Shown: positions 30,901 through 37,956 of the stretch, piece after piece
How positions within the stretch are numbered: the stretch's first letter is position 1
Layout of the letters: each line of letters begins with the position of its first letter
Notes under the pieces: generated by a model
Told to the model about the DNA's origin: nothing
Database searches by the model: none
What the model saw: only the letters and a program-made list of their open reading frames with translations
Origin: a virus
Virus record (IMG/VR): IMGVR_UViG_3300043424_000108
Coordinates: 17,370-81,369 of that record
DNA length: 64,000 bases
Strand: one strand, 5' to 3'
Program-made: the position numbers and the translations under genes

Positions 30901-31716
30901 CTGTTTTTGGTAATTAGCAACTTTTTCATCTACAGCATTTTTCATTGCGTAGTTGTATTGCATCTCCATACCAGAGTATAGATCATCATCTGTCTTTAAA
31001 CGAGTCGACTTAAAAGTAGATAAGTCCTCTTCATTGTATATTCTTGATCCTACTCTATGAGACTCAAAGTCAGCCAATCCATCTAATATAGATTTATCGG
31101 TAGTCTGATTTGATTTAATGTTTAGAGAAAGCCTTTGATTAGGGTTAGAGGTATTTAACATCTTTTCTCTATCCTCCAAAGAATTCTCAGCAAAGAAAGC
31201 ATCAGCCTGAGACTTAGCTAGTTTAGAAGTGTTGATCTGATTTACTCTATCTACTAGTTCTGTATAGGACTTTCTCAAAAGCTCTTTGTTCTTACCGTTA
31301 AGACTAGAGTTAGATATACGGTTGTACTTATCCCTCAACTCACTTAAAGCCTTTTGACTCTCCTCTATAGTTCCTTCCCTAAGTATTCTATTAAATACAT
31401 TAGCAGATTCCTTTAACTCATTCTTAGTAGCTAAGTCAAGTTCTAGGTTAGGTATAGCGTAGGCACCAAAATCTCCTGTAATGTTTCTATAGGAAGCATT
31501 TATGTCTGCTGCACTAGCTTTTATATCCCCTTCTAAAATACTTTCTACCTCTTTACCGATAGTCAACTGTGCCTCAAATGGTTGGACAGCAGCACCACTT
31601 ACTTGAGCAGCCCTAGTTAAGTTGGTAGCACTTTCTAATCCTGAAAGTTGTTTAGATTTTGTAAAAGGATCTAATCCTTGACTTTGTAATAATGCAATTA
31701 TAGGATCTTGTGGCAT
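18928..31716 (-). CDS. Virion-packaged RNA polymerase of crAss-like phages, fused to a zincin domain
   Basis: 4262 aa; AIRIP and GSDYDIDKL catalytic DxDxD motif (~22081-22110); YHEAWHE...EERLAEDF zincin (~26224-26241). Confidence 0.88.
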   Translation of the reverse strand: MPQDPIIALLQSQGLDPFTKSKQLSGLESATNLTRAAQVSGAAVQPFEAQLTIGKEVESILEGDIKASAADINASYRNITGDFGAYAIPNLELDLATKNELKESANVFNRILREGTIEESQKALSELRDKYNRISNSSLNGKNKELLRKSYTELVDRVNQINTSKLAKSQADAFFAENSLEDREKMLNTSNPNQRLSLNIKSNQTTDKSILDGLADFESHRVGSRIYNEEDLSTFKSTRLKTDDDLYSGMEMQYNYAMKNAVDEKVANYQKQISDLDAQIKQSVNQQEKNALALQKANVSKELNYSKNLSNKLKPYTIEDNYLKQFYPEQYTRKKEREKQEVYRNEMLAEGDQGSIGETLYRSGQQIKSNFLKQVSGLAYLAGAEELGYKIKSDAEYAAPPTYFVGKDLNKNNKIDDSEITRDIHGNRVTMSQVSWTDKNGNKTWNLWSAAEQVLPIATDVATTILLSKGVGAIGRGAGLTYGRIGAAAGLSEAGTASFVKNWAPRISTMGVVTSTTFPRFYAEERSNFKNGDAAFKVALMRAGVEGLTETIVPDVNMFSGKVAFGALDPAFAKLGKLDPANLSRLTTQRDLLLGLLPKGALSPSKAAMLMAPAAIRRTLSGASQESIEELGSLVGNYFVDKYASSQNFEVEETNQITGDAFLDTFVEGFIPSLFVSGATTAFSKSAIKKERLDQARWNIANNPEKYKQLIANKVQLNKLTKEEGLKQTAAVDNLSRRLDSIPEMKNIKNLTNLLDDKELQFSYFNNQLFQEDLLNVDPTQLSPEQLKEYEDSLAKTSKEILTTKKLADKYAGLEEADKKAIISKLFDSQAKAAISPETRLTSLLGIAEQTRQSLLSVPVGDERYEFVSEQYKKFQSTVDANIVERVNTFRNTLETNPEQLTSLELTLARDTFMPALDRIQGIDAKFELQNAPLVAEQVQGPKTYDESVPQLIRSIQEELETRMQLTGDEFQSEVPKNLRNPETKNIQERQLAIAELSEDELATGELEEGAHDHLNDFQRFVLAAELEEHRVQKEQNPNTITDLQNDVDAIQNNLYSISTRGLSRENSRAKIIEMNKIAMEVAPNVSVVNNFSATPSAPVVTPSPVVNIPGRRDDVDQDVYNAFIQDLEDLNEVLSDNEMDDEDRKIFISQRNTAIYNNVSNLGSVSKVRSALLALFSNHEAEVEIVFDSIKAGVVDVSSLDFISPGRRDLLEQLLTRLSSIQNLSDNPTNVANESEVTNTPDTISNEVLEESGILEEEDPEVVFSDNFEINQDNVNSEIKEVKLRAIDGLYLSMPTVDSVTDNSYDDSTINLGSDIITSYSEDTRSGTYRDMSIRIQSMMGIYKFILSDQDYATIEELRQKKSLNEEEKARLVEVFNRQQIPLHDKSFVGAVLNNPKLLGSGVGSVFVDSKGDLIRFNPQGRPTSSTTGNVFVALLPDSTASPKLKEIRATVAKGKIVTSRIEGIVPGFSKVRPLSQAVGESIKVITTPNGLVIPRRGAQKDYLLKPGSVHLEKENVRNPYTGVNIPTNGNTLQVLVNAFNEGTLPTTIDESIRTNAAAFLEYLSQQINSVYIKGIKEGKQTTGIRFFKKSNLYLCATASQKLIVKYVEVGQDGKNYYRNSQNQQEDLLKMGETSYKLVRESLVKQNKPYQALVVNKNNEISTKNFDTYTDFIKSPEFGATFLREENRSLSFSSDYKVSDNSTVDVVNDNINVIPEPVVVLPVEQPADQPTQPTGQQPRKVRTRPTLLPDNISPSESEFFRERLLDNQITEKQNQQAKAWVSNHPIFKNTPFIFNNTISHPEAYAVWSKAGIFLFEGANYAEAYHEAWHEFSQLYLTPEQKSALYAEARSIYGDLSFVELEERLAEDFRAYALSGGVTMPEALKKAKESKSIFKQIWDFISNLFSDKKTIDHYFSRLHKGNLTQFKRNESNQYFTKLYSGKYSYQDSEGVSHTLSFKDSKALLDDLDSIYVSIANNQFKDKGINFVNIVSSGKNANIVYSYMEKSLFNDYEALTKEYEKTNNQSLIPKINQLVDLLDNFQSAAQFHKLNSSIFEDNIKKQILNERIEEFEKVNSEFASYEASVNEMSNKQLASQVLVNALRTLPKYENGRMVFHPIYGTTILSDFNTNWNILQRRLSGTNSYADLYSRVEEIAEEYPQFNQFLQYLPAPDSSIARTSSMNFKNEFFSLFSMPYIEGYTANIKRDEEGNISEVRVFQANSLDSLNIRKKYDLDFSLTSTPYTARNEETGTFYLNTQKYFGNFPGVPPAPKDQEDYRDYNQALYNMLTPLGFNLSPAAVELFLNEDATIQESRVRLIYEKLSSLSQVKKYIMSPLADLSIEHEISTPKGKKKVDGENRNISAIIQYEVQANPEYVDDMRYNADQKQIWSVNQHTFMSKVLGVLNDSVLYPTIDSVYEELPHLNPKNNPGVQGSFVLTYLFNNGGNRIVDKIGNQLVPRKVELGNLLGIKTSYEGEKTIDANESKKHYVDIIGLTRYGIEEINRLSGKSTTRALVLERKLREHIGLQVGNNEADAFSVYNGVPTDLFNSIILPLIKSEVDVTLKNSSKYRIAAYDEDSSPKLAYFHKIFNAGQRTALLNAFKSPEPGKSLKDIFEGMPEYKDILTRFNFYIRAQANKSKAILGNDYALTTPELMKYHFFSAVSRIEQHKIFFNHPYYYKNPKDIEKRLSAWNAFGSYATLDLQNLEYLTSNKSGLTMYSGRDAFQAYANKTGIKVNPNRANADQISYLVLEDQLVKSVTASKSKVYGKSKEAYTNNKKAAKQDAAAFCTLDFFRKFYALTKSGLTPEMVDEFKRQDAIYKKHLEIKTAPEYEQEALRKELLDLLNQGPFYKFTIKKLQYSGHNKIESGESVPVFHKYSMKPILPSEMVNDAELEGILQKLHASSADYAVFESGTKIAETVESVSLFDDKNKVDPQASPTGVIDMKYLKEQVLVENKEDFNNIFSTQLRKLIYKDLVSEKEEELYGEYKNIIESLTNFDKINFLEQLADKQKLVEFLIREISKKNASESTKDLLQLKADGTLMHTLDSMIDRTIMESAIVSSVRNQVIRQKVPGAQRVQYPVSLIRPSRKLAYYDVQGGKVTKAEVIVSFSKGYYPLLNLISPVDGEPIGELDANGKPFNPHTALTRLNEAIQNPKFRMDNASQLAMMAIRIPGSGYNTIESFEVVEFLPEESGEIILVPDEMVVKSGSDYDIDKLFCYDPHLEQDGTMISTREFQSPEEALATKNAILDKIHENKETIRTFVADKNLLVNELRDLLTEKGFNPDTKLKELYLELQSLKGVEEEELVEAGVTAADLLRLQEKFTSGISETKSKVSDEVKSRIKAIRFVLSTASDRELSQEIGYINDTIADIIEENTSLTKQLKSIRGQYTNALLLNMAERMSQPEVFQALITPNEIKRIDAAVKEFGNVSPAATADLTNIINPIYQLYVFSLNTYKNSLGTDAKNNVFHSLLQKTKFYRQDKAAIYEYILDANRTEEGYIDFSRVYNVDGEPISLLTGEMINAHVDIEKNDGIARIGLNNVITPVVNYVTMAGTRFNDIVNIINRSAGLDEEGRKIRSSILRYSKGESLDSITKDILSRVPEGHVVRELIAKSTTKYGVISRSALKRNVNNKFRSNLTPETAKQNLLEVEDAYHDLARLGLFLELEDQTRDLATISLSVDYDTFSPQNFESFRSSVVELAKYVKPGTKEYKIFNQEGLNDIIYNSVVSPYQIQQDVLDKFVEVFPISANSKITNKILVEYARLKTANRKLDYDKLSRTFKNDLLYSLFINNVPEVREFETYLDKKNPGNIGSMYLNLKSRLASRGITAENDVFNMVSINSEVDSDYVRTGITQTDLNYSVDILKEEFEKGLNWSHPALDPNNPSDSDLIGDMQGFFRAFVYAGIIGTQLNKKFDSYLPLIPESIYTLPMTDIINNFVEELDVTPEEGTTPYITQFIARFNENHPEFRRLDVPPALNYYKDYVLSRPNTVDMSVVKQSELQLEEKEEISATEVASIYLKTSAGIVAKHKSPETRSKSLRSQISINPTIFNTGVFVEPVTEEETVDLVIQKSNNPYEIAQQIVFFDKNFNFESIVGGTKVGVIYDFFLGGKINSESVRQAYDNRLFNVSNTPGIKDYVGRTSKSGEPYENIDQVALSLSAQSGQEIEVQDIVDFISENPKGLNQFKEKFLETLRDLQKAGKSLVGTEMTPADARFLVDSYNKATRIQATPELSTFDVTQFSDLESGKLLQESFSKLRELNNNLSKNC

Positions 31717-31751
31717 GTATTAAATATTAAAATGAAAGCTAAGATTATAAA

Positions 31752-31759
31752 CAAATATA
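31752..31759 (-). promoter_or_regulatory. TAnnTTTG promoter element
   Basis: TATATTTG upstream of the RNAP gene. Confidence 0.55.
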
Positions 31760-31777
31760 AGTAATTATAAGTGATTA

Positions 31778-33499
31778 TTACTTCTTGTCTATATCCCCAC
31801 TATACTTGGTTGTAGTACTTGTTTTTATAATTCCAGTACCGTCATCAGAAGTAGTAATACTAGTATCAGGAACTCCAATGTAGAAATTGCCTAAGTTAGC
31901 AGAGTTCCTCAAGAAGTCAAAGGATTGTATACCTCCCACTGTTTCACTGAATGCTCCTGTAACATTTACAGGAAGACTTGCATTAGCTCCAGATATATTT
32001 TGACTTATACCTGTTCTGATCTTTCCTAGGTCTTCTCTAAGTTTTCTGTTAGTGGTCTCATAATCTAATCCTTCCATACCTGTAAGTAAGGAAGTAATAG
32101 CTTGTTGGTATTTAGCATTGATTCCTCTTTTAGGAAGTTTAGCTAAAGCTTGTTCAATATAAAACAACTGTCTTTCTCCTGTAGCCTTCTGTGCCCTTCT
32201 TAGGTTATTTACAGCTTCGTTTAGGTTAGAGGTTGCTCCTGAGTTTCCGTCTTTACTTGCTTGATCAGCAATAATAGATAATCCTGCTGCAATCTTATCA
32301 AAGTTTTGGAATACAGGTTTAATAGCTGAAGTATCTACTTGATAACCTACCTTTTGAGTTAAGTTAGCTAAGTCAATTGCAGTTTTTCTATCTGCGTTAA
32401 TCTTACGCATTTGTCTAGCATCCTCGTTAGCTTGCTTCCAATACTCGTTAGTAATAAGATCTCTACTTACTTTTTGACTAGCGTACATGTTACCCATGTT
32501 GGTAGCAAACTTATCTTGGTAGATTTCCATGTACTCTCCTAAGTCAAAATCCTCTAGAGTAGTAGAAGCTTTTTGTTCGGCAAGTAATCTAGATTGTTCG
32601 TAGTAAGTTGCTTTTTGTTTAGCCTGCTCTAACTGAGATTTAACTGTAGCTGATCCAGTAGTGTTATATGCTCTTTCTAATCTAGCTGCCTCCTCCTTAA
32701 ACATCCTAGCATTTTCTCCTGCTGTAGCTGCCTTAGTCTGCATATCTTCTACATAACCTTGATAAGCATTATCTTTTCCTACTTGCTCTAAACTGTAACC
32801 TGCATCCATCTGAAACTGACGCAATTTATTTGGATCAGTAGCAATAAATGCCTTAAACTTATTAGCTAGGTCAGTTGTATTATATCCTTCTACTGTTACC
32901 TTTTCAATGTAAGCAGGTCCCATAGCAGAACGCATATTAAACGACTCATCTTGATTAGGTTTTTGAGTCTTCATAAACTCCATCCAATCTTTAGAAAGAT
33001 CTACATAAGGAGTATACTCTTTACCATAACCAATCTTCTGTCCCAACTTACCACTTTGCATGTAGTCATTAACGTCCTTCATATAGTAGAAGTCGTTAAC
33101 TACACTACGTTCTCCTGGCTTCATCTTAGACAATTGTTCTTGTCTACGAGCTACTTCTTTACCGTTAGAGATAGCAGTAGTTATATATTGATCTCTTTCT
33201 AAAGGCTTACCTATGTTAAGTACTGATTGTACGTTTGCTTTATTTGAAAAGTCTAGTCCAGCACTATTGCTGATAGCTTTAACTAGGTTACCCATAGACT
33301 TATCAAAGTACTCCTTCTCTACATCTGTAAGAATGGAACTTCTTAGACTGTGATAAGAGTCAATATTCTGTTGCACCTTAGCAACTCCCTCATCATACAT
33401 CTCTTGCTTTTTAGAAGCAAACTTGATTAACTCGTCTGCTGGTAGAGGAGAGATATAGTCTGGGTATTCAAACTTAGTATGTTGTGCTGAAATTGGCAT
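31778..33499 (-). CDS. Virion cargo/ejection protein
   Basis: 573 aa helical; YISPLP..L......KQ..YD N-terminus; directly upstream of RNAP as in crAss-like phages. Confidence 0.65.
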   Translation of the reverse strand: MPISAQHTKFEYPDYISPLPADELIKFASKKQEMYDEGVAKVQQNIDSYHSLRSSILTDVEKEYFDKSMGNLVKAISNSAGLDFSNKANVQSVLNIGKPLERDQYITTAISNGKEVARRQEQLSKMKPGERSVVNDFYYMKDVNDYMQSGKLGQKIGYGKEYTPYVDLSKDWMEFMKTQKPNQDESFNMRSAMGPAYIEKVTVEGYNTTDLANKFKAFIATDPNKLRQFQMDAGYSLEQVGKDNAYQGYVEDMQTKAATAGENARMFKEEAARLERAYNTTGSATVKSQLEQAKQKATYYEQSRLLAEQKASTTLEDFDLGEYMEIYQDKFATNMGNMYASQKVSRDLITNEYWKQANEDARQMRKINADRKTAIDLANLTQKVGYQVDTSAIKPVFQNFDKIAAGLSIIADQASKDGNSGATSNLNEAVNNLRRAQKATGERQLFYIEQALAKLPKRGINAKYQQAITSLLTGMEGLDYETTNRKLREDLGKIRTGISQNISGANASLPVNVTGAFSETVGGIQSFDFLRNSANLGNFYIGVPDTSITTSDDGTGIIKTSTTTKYSGDIDKK

Positions 33500-33502
33500 G
33501 GT

Positions 33503-35695
33503 TTAGGATTTAGATTTTTTATACATTCCCTTTTTAGCTGTGGTCTTCGACTGGTTCTCTTGTGCCTTCATGTAATTATAATAATCAAAAGCGGCTTTCA
33601 TATTTTCAGGAAGAGTTATTTGACCCTCTGAAGTAACATCGAATCCAGGCGCAACAATAGGGATACCCATAGCTTTAAGGTTTTCGTCTTGTTCAAATTT
33701 AGCTCTTTTATCTACTAAACTTGCAACTGCTGATTGTTTTTCTGCAGACTGAGCATCTCTTGCTTGTCCTACTAAGTTATTATATACACGATCAAAAGCC
33801 TGAGCATTGAACTGATCTGCACTCATAGACATTTGTGCATTAGCCATATCTGCCTGAGAACGTGATTGGGCATCATAGTTTTGTTTAGACTGAAAAGCCT
33901 TTTGCTTAGCATCTAGTCCTGCAATATAAGCCATATTAGGATCAGCTCCACTTCTAATAGCTGCTGTACCCATGTTATCAATATCCTGTAGTTCGCTTTG
34001 AATGTTCAAAGTCTGAGGACGAACATAAGGAGCATCTATCTCTGGAATAGCATAAGAGTAAATTTCTTGTGCTTGAGCAAGTCCCATAGCTTCAGGAATA
34101 GCTTGATACAAAGGAAAGTTACCTGGAGTATATTTACCTGTCTTAGCAGCTTGTGCATCAGAAACTTTTGTTCCTGAAGTATCTTGTGCAGCTTCAGTAG
34201 GAGTGGTAGCAGGGGTTTTAGGTTCAAAGTTAGGCAACTGTCTTGATGCAGTATACAAACCTAACTTAGAATCAATAGAACGTTGACTACCTTCTTCTGG
34301 AACAAAGCCCATCTCAGAAGCAAACTTATCTGCTTCTTCAGGAGTATAGCCAGCTTTTAATGCTCTGTTTCTAACTTCCTCAGTGTATGCAACCTGTGCT
34401 CTACGCATTTGATCCTTATTCTTAGGATCAAAGATTTCTCCTTGTGCTTCTACGTCCTTTATAAACCAATCATAATTCTTTTTAAATAAATCTAAGTTAG
34501 ACTCCTGACCATATACTCCTGAAGGAAGTGTAGATTGAAGTCCAGGAACTTCTGCCACCAACAAAGAAGTCTTGGGGTCCATCTTAGCAACCTTAGCACG
34601 AGTACCAGGTTGGTAAGTGGGGATAGGCTCTTTTACGTCTGATCCATCTAACATTACTAAAGGTGTTGTTTCTTTTTTAGTAACTCCTCCATATTTCATT
34701 TCTGCAAGTATTTTTTCTTGCACATTTTTGGGAAGTGCTTTGAAACCAGGATTATCTATGCCTGCACCATTCTTTGCCTGAAGTTCTCCATTAGAGTCAC
34801 CATTAAGAATTTGTTGGTCTCTAAAAAGATCATCAAGTATTTTTTGATTACGCTGCATCATTAAGCCTGCAGTGTCCTTATCTACTTGTTTAGCAAAAGG
34901 ATTCTCTAAAGTCTTCTTATATGGAGTAATATCGTAGTTCTTAGCAATCTGAGCAAAGGTCTTTTTAGATCCTTCTGGCTTTAGATTATTAGAATAGACA
35001 CGAGTTTGATCAGGTAGATTTGTAGGAATACCTCCATTACTATGAGAAGGGCCTGAAGCCATTTCTGTTTCTAGGTTTGGAAGCTGGATGTATTCTCCAC
35101 CTTCAATTTCTACATCGTTCATGCCTTCGCTAGCATAACGTTTGTTTATTTTTGCACCCATTTCTGCTTTAATTGTAGGTTGATACTCTGTACCTCCACT
35201 TGTTGTACGACCATACATATAGTTGTAGTCGTAGATGGGTTTAGAGTTTCTTTGTTGTATTGATTCGTTAAGTTTACGTTGATTCTCTAGATCTTGATTA
35301 TAGGTAAGACCTGCATCTATTCCTAATAATCCTAGACTAACTAAATCTTTTTCTTGGCCTTTAAACTGGTCAAAGAAGTTTTTATCTAAAGAACCTGAGT
35401 CTGTCTTCTTTGTTAACTCGTCTGACTTAGAGAATCTTTGGTCTTCTGTTGGTACTTGATTATCACTTAATTTAACAAAAGAATTTGCATCCAGAGATAG
35501 GTCTATCTTTGGATTAACCTTAGTTTGCCAATCCCACGTTTCTTGAGGACTGGGAATAAACCCAGGAATATTCAACAATTCTCCTGGATTATTCTCACTA
35601 TCTGTAAGTTGTGGATCGGATAGATTAGTAGGCTTTGGATTTAAGTCATTGCCTCCACCATTACCAAATCTTCTGAATAAGCGATTTCTTAACAT
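33503..35695 (-). CDS. Virion cargo protein
   Basis: 730 aa; VEIEGGE...GPSHSNGGIP...VYS..LK motif; Q/A/N-rich C-terminus. Confidence 0.65.
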   Translation of the reverse strand: MLRNRLFRRFGNGGGNDLNPKPTNLSDPQLTDSENNPGELLNIPGFIPSPQETWDWQTKVNPKIDLSLDANSFVKLSDNQVPTEDQRFSKSDELTKKTDSGSLDKNFFDQFKGQEKDLVSLGLLGIDAGLTYNQDLENQRKLNESIQQRNSKPIYDYNYMYGRTTSGGTEYQPTIKAEMGAKINKRYASEGMNDVEIEGGEYIQLPNLETEMASGPSHSNGGIPTNLPDQTRVYSNNLKPEGSKKTFAQIAKNYDITPYKKTLENPFAKQVDKDTAGLMMQRNQKILDDLFRDQQILNGDSNGELQAKNGAGIDNPGFKALPKNVQEKILAEMKYGGVTKKETTPLVMLDGSDVKEPIPTYQPGTRAKVAKMDPKTSLLVAEVPGLQSTLPSGVYGQESNLDLFKKNYDWFIKDVEAQGEIFDPKNKDQMRRAQVAYTEEVRNRALKAGYTPEEADKFASEMGFVPEEGSQRSIDSKLGLYTASRQLPNFEPKTPATTPTEAAQDTSGTKVSDAQAAKTGKYTPGNFPLYQAIPEAMGLAQAQEIYSYAIPEIDAPYVRPQTLNIQSELQDIDNMGTAAIRSGADPNMAYIAGLDAKQKAFQSKQNYDAQSRSQADMANAQMSMSADQFNAQAFDRVYNNLVGQARDAQSAEKQSAVASLVDKRAKFEQDENLKAMGIPIVAPGFDVTSEGQITLPENMKAAFDYYNYMKAQENQSKTTAKKGMYKKSKS

Positions 35696-35758
35696 GTTTT
35701 AATTATTTATGTTATTAACATAGAGAGTTAATAACTGCTTGAGAATAAGCTAGTTATA

Positions 35759-35788
35759 CAAATATACAAGATTAATAAAAAAAAGCAA
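35759..35788 (-). promoter_or_regulatory. Bacteroidota-type promoter
   Basis: TTG-N19-TATATTTG on the - strand. Confidence 0.7.
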
Positions 35789-35807
35789 GGGAGAATTAAC
35801 TCCCTTG
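35778..35807 (-). terminator. Intrinsic terminator
   Basis: Perfect CAAGGGAG/CTCCCTTG stem followed by a T-run on the - strand. Confidence 0.8.
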
Positions 35808-35954
35808 TCCTCTGCTTTTCTTAAGATAGTTTTTGCTAGACTTTAACTTTGAAGCTTTAGTCTTTGCTACAACTCCTTTCCTCCTGATCTTTGGTTTAAC
35901 TTTAAACTTAGAAGCTGTAGAGGTTGATTTTGATTTAGATGCTTTAGGTGCCAT
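35796..35954 (-). CDS. Very basic 52-aa protein (not in ORF track)
   Basis: MAPKASKSKS...KNYLKKSRGQGS; preceded by an AAACTA-repeat leader and followed by a terminator. Confidence 0.7.
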   Translation of the reverse strand: MAPKASKSKSTSTASKFKVKPKIRRKGVVAKTKASKLKSSKNYLKKSRGQGS

Positions 35955-35981
35955 ATATTTAGTTTTAGTTTTAGTTTAGTT

Positions 35982-36431
35982 TTAACACTTCCAACGCCTA
36001 CGTGCTTGTCTGATTCTGCTATTAGGATCATTCTGTGTAGCCTGTGAAGATCTACGCAACTGACCTAATGAACGAGCACAGTAGGACTTTCTACGATTAG
36101 CTGCTTTGCTACCTGGCTTTACCTTACCTGTAACAGCAGTACTTAATTTGGAACCTGGGTTAGCCCTTCTATAAGCCATGACTCCTTTCTTAGTCATACC
36201 AGCTCCTTGTTTAGTGGGGCGATAGTTAGCTCCTGGTCCCTTAGTTGTATGGGAGATAGTTCCTCCCTTAGCCATGTATGCCTTCTTTAAGCGACTTTCT
36301 TTCTTGATCTTAGTCTCTTGTTTAAGCATCTCTTTAGTAGGCTTTTTTCCAGAACCTTTATTAGCACGGATGTTATCCCACAATCCTCTTTGGGAGTATG
36401 ATCCGTCTTTACGTTTTATCATCTTTTTCAT
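35982..36431 (-). CDS. Basic virion-associated protein (DUF6321-like)
   Basis: GLWDNIRA, YRRANPGSKL.TAV, RRKSYCARS and RRWKC motifs. Confidence 0.65.
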   Translation of the reverse strand: MKKMIKRKDGSYSQRGLWDNIRANKGSGKKPTKEMLKQETKIKKESRLKKAYMAKGGTISHTTKGPGANYRPTKQGAGMTKKGVMAYRRANPGSKLSTAVTGKVKPGSKAANRRKSYCARSLGQLRRSSQATQNDPNSRIRQARRRWKC

Positions 36432-37117
36432 TTCTTTACATTTGATTTCTTTAAGAATGATTTTAAATCATAATTTACTTTTTCTCTATTAAATTGTTTA
36501 GCAAGTTTATTTGCTAACTGCAATCTATTAGTCTTACTCTTAACTCCTCTTAGGATACTTGCTACTCCATCTACCATTTCTTTATCATCATCCTCTACTT
36601 CTCCGCCTTCTTCCATCCTACGTAAATTAGGATTAGGCCTAAATTGTACTTGAGTATTATCTCTTTGAGGAACTCTCATAGTAGAATTGTAAGGAGAAGA
36701 TGTAAATTGATTAACAGTACCTGCAGCTCTAGTAACAGGTGCAACTTTTTTAGCCACTTTATTGACTGTTCTGCTTGCTTGTGCTGCATTTACAGCTAAG
36801 TTGCTATAAGGTCTAATAGCATTTGCAGCTCTAGCTACTCCCATTAATCCTTTAGCTGTGCCAAATGTTGCCATATTTAAAGCATCTAATCCTGCTCCTA
36901 CATAGTCTCCTTGATAAAGATTGGCTAGTGCACTAGCACCTGAAGCATAGGTACCCACAGGACCAGGAACATAGGTAGCTGCTTCTAAAGCCATGCCCAG
37001 TCCAGTACTTCCTCCATTAGGCATCTTACGCTTTCTAGAATTCTTATATGCACCCTTAAGTCTTGAACCTGAGGGTGCATTAGGAATTACAGAACCATTT
37101 ACTCCTGGAACAAACAT
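36428..37117 (-). CDS. Hypothetical basic protein with Gly/Ala-rich hydrophobic core
   Basis: VPGPVGT.ASGASAL..LYQGDYVGAGL segment; coupled to neighbours. Confidence 0.6.
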   Translation of the reverse strand: MFVPGVNGSVIPNAPSGSRLKGAYKNSRKRKMPNGGSTGLGMALEAATYVPGPVGTYASGASALANLYQGDYVGAGLDALNMATFGTAKGLMGVARAANAIRPYSNLAVNAAQASRTVNKVAKKVAPVTRAAGTVNQFTSSPYNSTMRVPQRDNTQVQFRPNPNLRRMEEGGEVEDDDKEMVDGVASILRGVKSKTNRLQLANKLAKQFNREKVNYDLKSFLKKSNVKK

Positions 37118-37119
37118 AG

Positions 37120-37941
37120 TTAATTTCTGTAGATAGGCTTACCTGATTGCATGTTAGATACTCTTCTACGTACAAGTGCTTCATTAGCACTCATCTTACT
37201 ATTAGACTTAGCTGCAGGAACTGCTTTTTTGTATTTGCTTACGTTACTCATAGCCTGAGTAACTTTAACTGGTTCCGCAGTTCTGAGAACTTCTTTAGTA
37301 GTTATAGGGGTTTTCTTCAGGTTGTTAGCTGTAGACATTACACTATTAGCAACTGGCCTTGCTTTATTTTCTGCCATAGACTTATCCCATTGTGCAGGAG
37401 TGTAGTTCCAACTTTGAGAAGAAGAAGTGCTAGTAGTCTTAGCGGCTGCCTTAGGAGCAGATGACATTGTCTTAGACTTGATGTAAGACTCGTAAGCCTT
37501 CTGTGTTTCAGCACCCCAAGCACCATCAGCTACAATATTATATCCCTTACTACGAAGCATTTCTTGGTAAGCTTTTACTTTAGGAGATGCACCTTTAACA
37601 GTAGTAGACTCTAGATTATTCAAAGTAGTCTTAGCTGCTAAGTTAAGTGGATCTATAGCTTTTACTCTTGGAAGAGTGTCCATCTCCATACCATTTTCCC
37701 CCTTACGCATCTTAGAGAGTGTCTTAGCCAAGTTAGCTCTTTTTACTGTAGTAGAAGAGTAAGCGCCTTTATTGCTTAGTACTTTGTCACGGAAAGCAGG
37801 TACAGACATTCCAGCTCTTTTAGCTTGTGCTGTAAAAGAACCTGGCTTCTTAATAGCAGACTGAATCCATTTACCTCCTGATTTCATTTTCTTACCACCG
37901 CAACTCATGCAAGTTGAGTAAGAATTCTTTAAGCGATTCAT
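37120..37941 (-). CDS. Basic protein with a peptidoglycan-binding (PG_binding_1-like) segment
   Basis: WIQSAIKKPGSFTAQAKRAG; VKAYQEMLRSKGY....DGAWGAETQKAY. Confidence 0.6.
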   Translation of the reverse strand: MNRLKNSYSTCMSCGGKKMKSGGKWIQSAIKKPGSFTAQAKRAGMSVPAFRDKVLSNKGAYSSTTVKRANLAKTLSKMRKGENGMEMDTLPRVKAIDPLNLAAKTTLNNLESTTVKGASPKVKAYQEMLRSKGYNIVADGAWGAETQKAYESYIKSKTMSSAPKAAAKTTSTSSSQSWNYTPAQWDKSMAENKARPVANSVMSTANNLKKTPITTKEVLRTAEPVKVTQAMSNVSKYKKAVPAAKSNSKMSANEALVRRRVSNMQSGKPIYRN

Positions 37942-37956
37942 ATAGTTTTATTTAGT

